A stretch of DNA of 64,000 bases from Phaeosaccion multiseriatum (taxonomy: Eukaryota > Protista > Ochrophyta, other classes). The stretch lies in NCBI GenBank assembly GCA_965112735.1, contig OZ218962.1:558001-622000 (forward strand), in the 5' to 3' direction. Positions 57,316 through 64,000 of the stretch are shown here, in pieces; position 1 is the first letter of the stretch; each line of letters opens with the position of its first letter. Under the pieces are notes generated by a model that saw only the letters and a program-made list of their open reading frames with translations, did not search any database and was not told the origin of the DNA. Both the position numbers and the translations under genes were made by a program.

Positions 57316-60300
57316 ATGTGGGCTGCGCTGAGCCTGACCCCCTCGAGGAGAGGCACCTCCGACTCTGCTCGGAGCTCGCGGCAGCAGCGGGAGGGGGGTG
57401 GGGGAGGAGAGTATAACAACAACAGCGTCGTCCGAAGCGCTTGGAGCCGGAGTGGTTCATTTCCCTCCACAGTCACGATCGCTGGTGCTGCTAGTGCTTC
57501 TTCGGATGCTGACGGCCGCACGGTTGGTATGCCCCCCAGCACCGTCCGGAGCGCAAGCAGCAGCAGTCATTTGGGCAGTATCTGCAGCGGGGCGCGAGGG
57601 GGGCAGGAGGTTGCCCCTGTGGCCCCCTCGGGTAGAGGGGTCACTAGGGCTAGACCCGATGTAGAGATCGATATTGAGTCAGGGCGAGGGGCGGAAGAGC
57701 GCTCCACACAAGAAGGGGAGGGAGCGGGAAGCTCCCGTCGGAGCAGCAGCTTCCGGAGAGCTTCCCGTGGTGGCAGTTTCGGTGGCGGAAACTGCGTGTT
57801 TCTGAGTCCGTCTGGCAGTAGTCGCGCTCTCGGCATGAGCCCTACTGCGAGGCTCTTTGGGGGGCTGACCGACCCGGCCTGGCGACGGCCTCCAGAGGAC
57901 CACCTCGCCAAGGGACGGAGGGAAGGAGGAGGGCATGTGGCGGCGGCGACAGACGCGACAGCTGGGGGCTTGGGGGGAGGGGGGCGAGATAGTGCCACCG
58001 GGCAGGGCTCACTGGGAGGCACTCTGAGTAGGTGAGAGAGAAAATGTTGGGTTGGCGCGTTGGGATGGTAGGGAGGGGGGCGGGGGGGCGGGGCGCCTTC
58101 GCATTCGCAAGGTGCTGCCATGCCCTTAGATTCCGTCCACCCACCCCACGTATATCTGTCTGTCTACCTGGTGTCAGGATGCTTCGGGTCAAGCCGGACC
58201 TGTACTACTGTCAGATCTGCTTCGAGCTGCAGCCTCTGGAGCGGGGACACTCGCTCTCGCCGTGCGGCCACATCTTCTGCGGCTCCTGTCTGCGCTCTTA
58301 CCTCACCATCAAGGTTAAGGACGGGCAATTGGCCCCCATCTGCTTCTTCACAGGCGAGGGTACCAGCGGTGGTGGTGGCGGTGGTGGTGTTGGAGGAGGA
58401 GACGGAGGAGGTGAAGGAGGTGGCGGTGGTGGAAGTGGCAGTGTGACGTCCAGTCCCTTGGAGGGACAGGAGGGTGCCGAAGCCGAAGCCATTGAAGCCA
58501 CGAGGATGGCGGAATGGGGGGAGGGGACGGCACCCGTGGAGAGGGGAGTAACTGCGGGGAAAGGTACGGCAGAGCGACAAGGAGATGGGGCTCAGGAAGA
58601 GGAAGAAGTGGTACAAGTGGCGGCAGCCCCCCCACCACCACCAGGTGGTGATACCGCAGCACCACAATCAGGAGGAGGAGGAGGAGGAGGAGGAGGAGGA
58701 GGGGCGTGTGGGCAGGTCATCTCGGAGGCTTGTATAGAGCATCTTCTCGACGCGGAAACCTTCGCCAAGTACCTGAGGTTCAAGTTCCAGAAGTGAGTAC
58801 TGTAACCTGCTGCCTGCTGCTGTATCATGTCACCAACTGCTGGGCCTGTATGGCCAATGGGTACTGCCTGCTGCTACTCTGTCGCGAAGTGCTGCTGCTG
58901 TATCAACCAGCTGGGACTCATTCCTGACTGTATCACAAACTGTCACTGCTGCCGTATCACCACCTGCTACAGTGAGCACGACGATGCGCGGGAGTGCCCC
59001 AAGTGTGACCACGCACAGATCGGCAGCCCAACACACCCCCAAATGGCGTGTGCGGTGTGTGGATTCGCGTACTGCTTTCATCACTCCAACGCACACCCGG
59101 ACTCAAGCTGTGCCGCTTACGAACGGAGCGTCGCAGAGGGTGAGGATGGCAGTGGATGGACGGGGGAAATGGAAGGCGAAGGGGGGGGGGGCAGGCATTT
59201 TGCTTGTACCTCTGCATCTGCCTGTCTACTGTACCCCTGCCCCTGCTTGTATCCCCCATAACTCGCATCTTCCTCCGCCTCGGTGGCCTCCACCCACACC
59301 CTTCTGTCCCTGCCTCGTGTCTTCTGCTCATCGGTCTCCACCCACACCCGCACGCACCCACACACACACCTACCCACGCACGCACCCACAGAGAACAAAC
59401 AGTCGGCAGCTGTGATCAGTACCACCTGCAAGCCCTGTCCAGGCTGCGGTACGGCGGTGGAGAAGAGCGGAGGCTGCAACCAAATGAAGTGCTTCAGGTG
59501 CAACACTTCCTTCTGTTGGGTCTGCCTGGCGAAGGTGGACGAGGGCACGTTCCCCACTCACTATCAGGTTGGTTGGGTGGTTGGTCGGTTGATTGGGTGG
59601 GTGGGTTGATTGGTTGCTTGGGTGGGTGGTTGGGCTGGTTGGTTGGTTGGTTGGTTGGTTGGTTGGTTGATTGGGTGGGTGGTGGGTGGTTGGTTTGCGT
59701 GCTTGGGTGCTTGGGTTGGTAGCTGAGTCAGAAGCGGAACCGTCTTGCTTTCACTCAGTGTTAGACCAGAGAGGAGGAAGCTGAACGCGGCAGTCGTAGT
59801 CGAAAGTCGAAGGGAGCGGAGTGGGTAAACAGAGATGACTCTCAAGCTCCCCTCCCTAACCTACTGACTCGCTCTGCTGCTGCTGACGCCCAACCCGCCC
59901 CCTTGCGTCTCTCTTCTTACTGCTACCCATTACCGCTGCTCACTACCCACTATTGGGTGTCCCTCCTCGCTACCCATCTCCCCGTTACCTTGCCTTCAGT
60001 GGTGGAACGTGGCGGGCTGCCCTAACCAGCAGCTCCAGAACGCAGATGGCAACAACTCTCCGAACTCACAGCGCTGGTACAGAGGCATGGCGCTCTTCCT
60101 GGTGAGCCCTCCCCCCCTTGGTGCTGAGGTGTTTATTGCACGGCGAAGTGTGGAACTCACACTTCTCCCTCCCTCTCCCTCCCTGCCTCCCTCTCTCTCC
60201 CTCCCTCCCTCCCTCCCTCCCTGCCTGCCTCCCTCCCTCTCCAGATCGTGCTCATCGGCCCCGCTGCCCTCGGCTGTACCATCACATGGTCATTGGCGTG

Positions 60301-60817
60301 CTGCTGCCTCCTGCCCCTCTTCGGCCTTCCTCCCAGAGACCTCTTTGTGGGGTGTGTGTCCAACTGGGGATACTTCGTGTTGGCCTTGCTGCTATCGCCC
60401 TTTATTCTTGTGTTGCTTCTGCTCTGCGGCCTAGTGGATCTCTGTTGCGGCCGAGGGTTAAGAGGGAGAGAAGGAGCTAGGGCATCATCATCATCATCAG
60501 CAGCAACAGTAGTAGCACCAGCAGTAGCAGCAGTAGCAACAGCACCTGACCGGAGGGAAGAAGTCGAGGAGAAGGAGCAGAGTGGACACGAGCAGCGGGA
60601 AATGGCACCGGACGGCACACCAGTCAGCGCCATCACGTTGCAACCCAGTCCACATGGGAGCGGGGAGTCGCCCGGGAGTGTGCAGCAGTTGGTGATACAG
60701 CAGCAGGAGAAGGCTGAGCTGCAGGAGGGAGAGGGGGAGAAGGTATCCGCAGCCGACTTGATGAGCAGGGACGCAGTGAGGGGAGAGGAAATCGATCTTG
60801 TATGTAAAAGCGTGTAA
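57316..60817 (+). CDS. RBR (RING1-IBR-RING2) E3 ubiquitin ligase with C-terminal hydrophobic helices
   Basis: Exons ~57316-58031, 58178-58792, ~58972-59139, ~59392-59567, ~60000-60101 and ~60245-60817. Motifs CQIC..CGHIFCGSC, ECPKC..CAVC..YCFHH..H..C and CPGC..VEKSGGCNQMKCFRC..FCWVC. The true start may be upstream (ATG 56981, in a different frame). Confidence 0.85.
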
Positions 60818-61816
60818 TGACACCGGAATCTTATGTATGTTTATTCTTGGCGCCTAACCGAATGTTTTTGTGCATACACGGTCACCCTCGTTGCCATATG
60901 CGGCCCAGACGCGCCGGTCTGGAGCTTTCGCGGAGGACAACAGGAGAAAAGTCCTGCCTCCCATGGGGTGGAGGTGCAGTGGTGCTTCCGTCCGTCCTCG
61001 CTCCGTCTCTCTTATCCACCCTCTCGCTTCTCTCTCTGTTTTGTCTTTCATTCCCTCTCCCCCTCTCCCAATCTTCACTTCTCTCTCTCCCTCTCTTGCA
61101 CGTTGGACCATTCTCGTACCAGCAGTCTGGCTGAGCTGGTCATCCACTTCATACCAACACAAGCCTCAAATGGCAGCGAGTTCAGCAAAGGCCCACATGA
61201 ATGGACTTGTTCAGCTTCACCTCGGTGCTTCTTACGTGTGAGGCATACGAAGATGATCATGACAGTTGTGAGTTGTGAGCCTCTAGGGGGGGGGGGAGGC
61301 GACACGACGTGTTCCCCTTCGAGAGGGGCCCCTCCTTCTCGCGGATGCTCATCGCCCTGCTGCTGTATCACCAGCAGTTTCTGCTGCTGCTGCTGTGGAG
61401 GCCCCATCCTTCGACCCCCCAGCGGGTGTCTCAGGTCTCAGCTTGTCTCTTCTCCTTCTGTCCCCACACACCAAGCCAAGTCCGCCCCCGTCTTTCCGAC
61501 GCAAACCTCGATCCTTCAAAGCTTGTCCGTCCGGCAGCAAGCAGAGCAAAAGGCAGAGCAGCAGTAGCAGCAGCAACATGCCTTCCTCCCCTGCCTCAGG
61601 CACTGCAAAAGGCAGCAGCAGCCGTGCCTCCCTCACCAATCTAAGTGTCCTCTCTTGTGACAATCCCCTCGGCCAGCCCTCGCCTCTCCGCTCCAAAGGG
61701 CCCTTTCTTCCCTTGGCTCCTTCTCTGGGGTCTTCCCCAGCTTGGGTCCTTCCCTTGGTTGGGCAGTAAAAAGTACTAGTAGGTGGAGCCTCTGCCCCGG
61801 CCGCCTCGCAGTAGTG

Positions 61817-61857
<41 letters not shown>

Positions 61858-62301
61858 AGCACCACACGAGGGATTCCTATGTTTGTAGGCTTACTCGCTT
61901 GTCGCCTCTCCCCCCCCCTCTCAGCGCTTGAAGCTTTAAATACGTATGAGTGTGTGCCCCTCTCTACACCCCGGCTCGGCGCTTCAAAGCTTCGCCTCTC
62001 AAGTAAAGCCCCGAATAGCCCCACCGTCCCCCAAACCACTTGTGATCGATCGAACAAGCGCTCCACGAAGGACATAACACCCCCCCCTCCCGTCATCTGT
62101 GGAGCACCAACACACCACGACCAGAGCAGCACAGCCTGTGTCCACCCACCAACCCACCTCGGTATCTTGTCTTCCCTCCATGGGGTGCCATCGCCACTCC
62201 AGAGGTTGCCATATACTGCGGCCTCTTGTCCTCCCTCCATAGGGTGCCATCGTCCCTCCAGTGGTTGCCATCTAGTGCTGTCATCGACTGCCATCTACCT
62301 C

Positions 62302-62605
62302 CTACTTGAGGTGGAATACGGCGCTGCGGTCGTTGGAGCCCCTTCCGTGAGGTTCAGTGAGGCCCAAGTCATCCACAGTGGGGGCAATGGGGATGATGCC
62401 TGATAGGGAGGGGATGGCAGTGGATGGGAGGGGATGGGAGGGGACGGCAGTGGATGGGAGGGGATGTAATTGGTGGGGGGGGATGGGAGGGACATAAAAG
62501 GTGAGAAGGGAATGGAGGGAGAGGGGAGGGGGGGGCGTTGGTCGCCTGCTCCTCGCCTGTCCCACTGCTTGGACAGACAGGTACGGTCAAGTGCACTGTC
62601 CTCCT

Positions 62606-62651
<46 letters not shown>

Positions 62652-63771
62652 TTCTCTCGATCTCTCGCATTCCCTCTTTGTCCACCGCTCTTTCTCTCTC
62701 TCTCTCTTGCTCTTGCTCCCTTCTTCCATCTCTTTCTCTCTCTCGCTCTCCACCTGCTTCACTCACCTCCCGGGTTGAGTGGGAAGAGCTGCTTAAAGTA
62801 GCTCCGACGGCAATCCTCCAGGTCGACGGTTTCAGCCATACCAGGAAGCTGATACACGTCCCTCAGCCAGGCCGAGAGGTGTGGGTAAGAGGAGAGAGGC
62901 CGCTTGGTGCACTTGAACAGGGAGGCGTACACCGCGTCGAAGCGGACGGCTGTGGGATGGCAGTGGATGGGTAGGAGGCGTTGTAAGACACAAGAGAAAG
63001 GGAGAGGACGAGAGGGAGAGAGAGGGGAGGACAGAGGGAGAGAGAGAAAGAGCGAGAGAGGGAGAGGGAGGGAGAGAGAGAACGAGAGAAAGAGAGAGGA
63101 GGGGAGAGAGAGAGGGGGGGAGGGAGAGAGTGGGTGCCCACGTATGCACCTGTGGGGAAGAGCCTTAGGTCCGCCTCTGTGAGCTTGTCACCGCAGAGGA
63201 AGCGCGTCCCCTCCAGCAGGGCCTCGCAGCGGGCCCAGCCCGTGAACACGTCACTTACGGCCGCCTCGTAGGCACTCTTGGGGGAGGGGAGGGGAGAGGT
63301 GTAATGAGAGGGGAAGTGATGGAGAGGGGAGAGAGACGAATGTGCAGATCAGACGTTGGTCAGCACTTGGTGGTGCTTGATTGCTGGGGAGTGGAGAGGC
63401 TCGCATTGAATGAGGTCTGAGGAATTGAAACTGAGGACGGCAGTGGACGGGCAACGGGCCACCCCATTCACCTGCGAGGTGGAAAAGCCCGAGCGGTACA
63501 CTCCATTGTTGAGCAGCTCGTACACCCACGCATTGGTGTCGTCCACAGAAGTCTCGAGAGCCGGGGGGCAGAGGTCCACCTCTTGCTGCTTGTCCTCCTT
63601 GTTGCTAGACTCTGGTGCCTTCTCCGTCTTCGTCCTCGAGGGGGGTTCGAAGGCGTTGAGGGCGCGCATGATGTCGCTGCTCTCGTTGCTGACGAGGCGG
63701 CGCAGCTTCTTGTCCACCACGAGGGGGGCGGTGCATCTTCCCTCGTAGCCGGGGCTGCACAGCTCGTACAC
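62302..63771 (-). CDS. Glutathionyl-hydroquinone reductase (Xi-class GST, YqjG/ECM4-like), 3' exons; the 5' part lies beyond the window
   Basis: YEGRCTAPLVVDKK..VSNESSDI, NNGVYRSGF, RFLCGDKLTEADLRLFPT, RFDAVYASLFKC, FPLNPG|GIIP; stop at 62302-62304. Confidence 0.9.
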
Positions 63772-63931
63772 CTGTTGGTGATAAAATGCAGGGTAGGCGA
63801 GTGTTCGTCGAGAAGCGGTGTTGTGAGGGGACGCTTGTGTTAAGGGGAGGCATATGAACACACACAGACACAGAGACAGAGAGAGACGCACGTAAACACT
63901 CACACGCACACGCACACGCGCACACACACCC

Positions 63932-63966
<35 letters not shown>

Positions 63967-64000
63967 AAACACGTGCACACACACCCAATTCTCTCTCTCT

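Noticed and set aside
60833-61870. Possible small gene between the RBR and GST genes, with an LVIQQQ motif echoing the RBR tail in inverted orientation
   Set aside because: No recognisable domain or convincing splice structure, and the similarity is short and low-complexity.
62165-62272. ~59-bp imperfect tandem repeat just after the GST stop
   Set aside because: Two copies in a probable 3' UTR; no evidence of function.

Overview
GC-rich, intron-containing eukaryotic DNA. It is most likely from a photosynthetic stramenopile (ochrophyte alga), inferred from a bipartite plastid-type leader and a stramenopile-type Myb-like repeat family. Housekeeping genes: HemW/HemN-like radical SAM (5' part), sulfotransferase, histidine acid phosphatase, a SNF2/Brahma-type remodeller (QLQ-HSA-ATPase-bromo), an RBR E3 ligase and a glutathionyl-hydroquinone reductase (3' part). 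Between them is a dynamic accessory region of about 44 kb with four parts. (i) A five-member cluster of Myb-like-repeat proteins, three of which share an unrecognised C-terminal domain. (ii) A tandem array of ankyrin-repeat genes (5 full-length, 2 remnants) that differ by whole repeats and vary at binding-surface positions. (iii) A 7.46-kb DNA transposon (33429-40887; 15-bp TIR core, 8-bp TSD, empty paralogous site at 30455) whose 7-exon, ~1780-aa DDE transposase carries an intact DEDDy 3'-5' exonuclease plus an R3H-like domain inside its catalytic core. (iv) A decayed RLE-type LINE fragment hit by a small hairpin MITE. The exonuclease-bearing transposon is the most notable system. All calls are by eye; no database searches were run.
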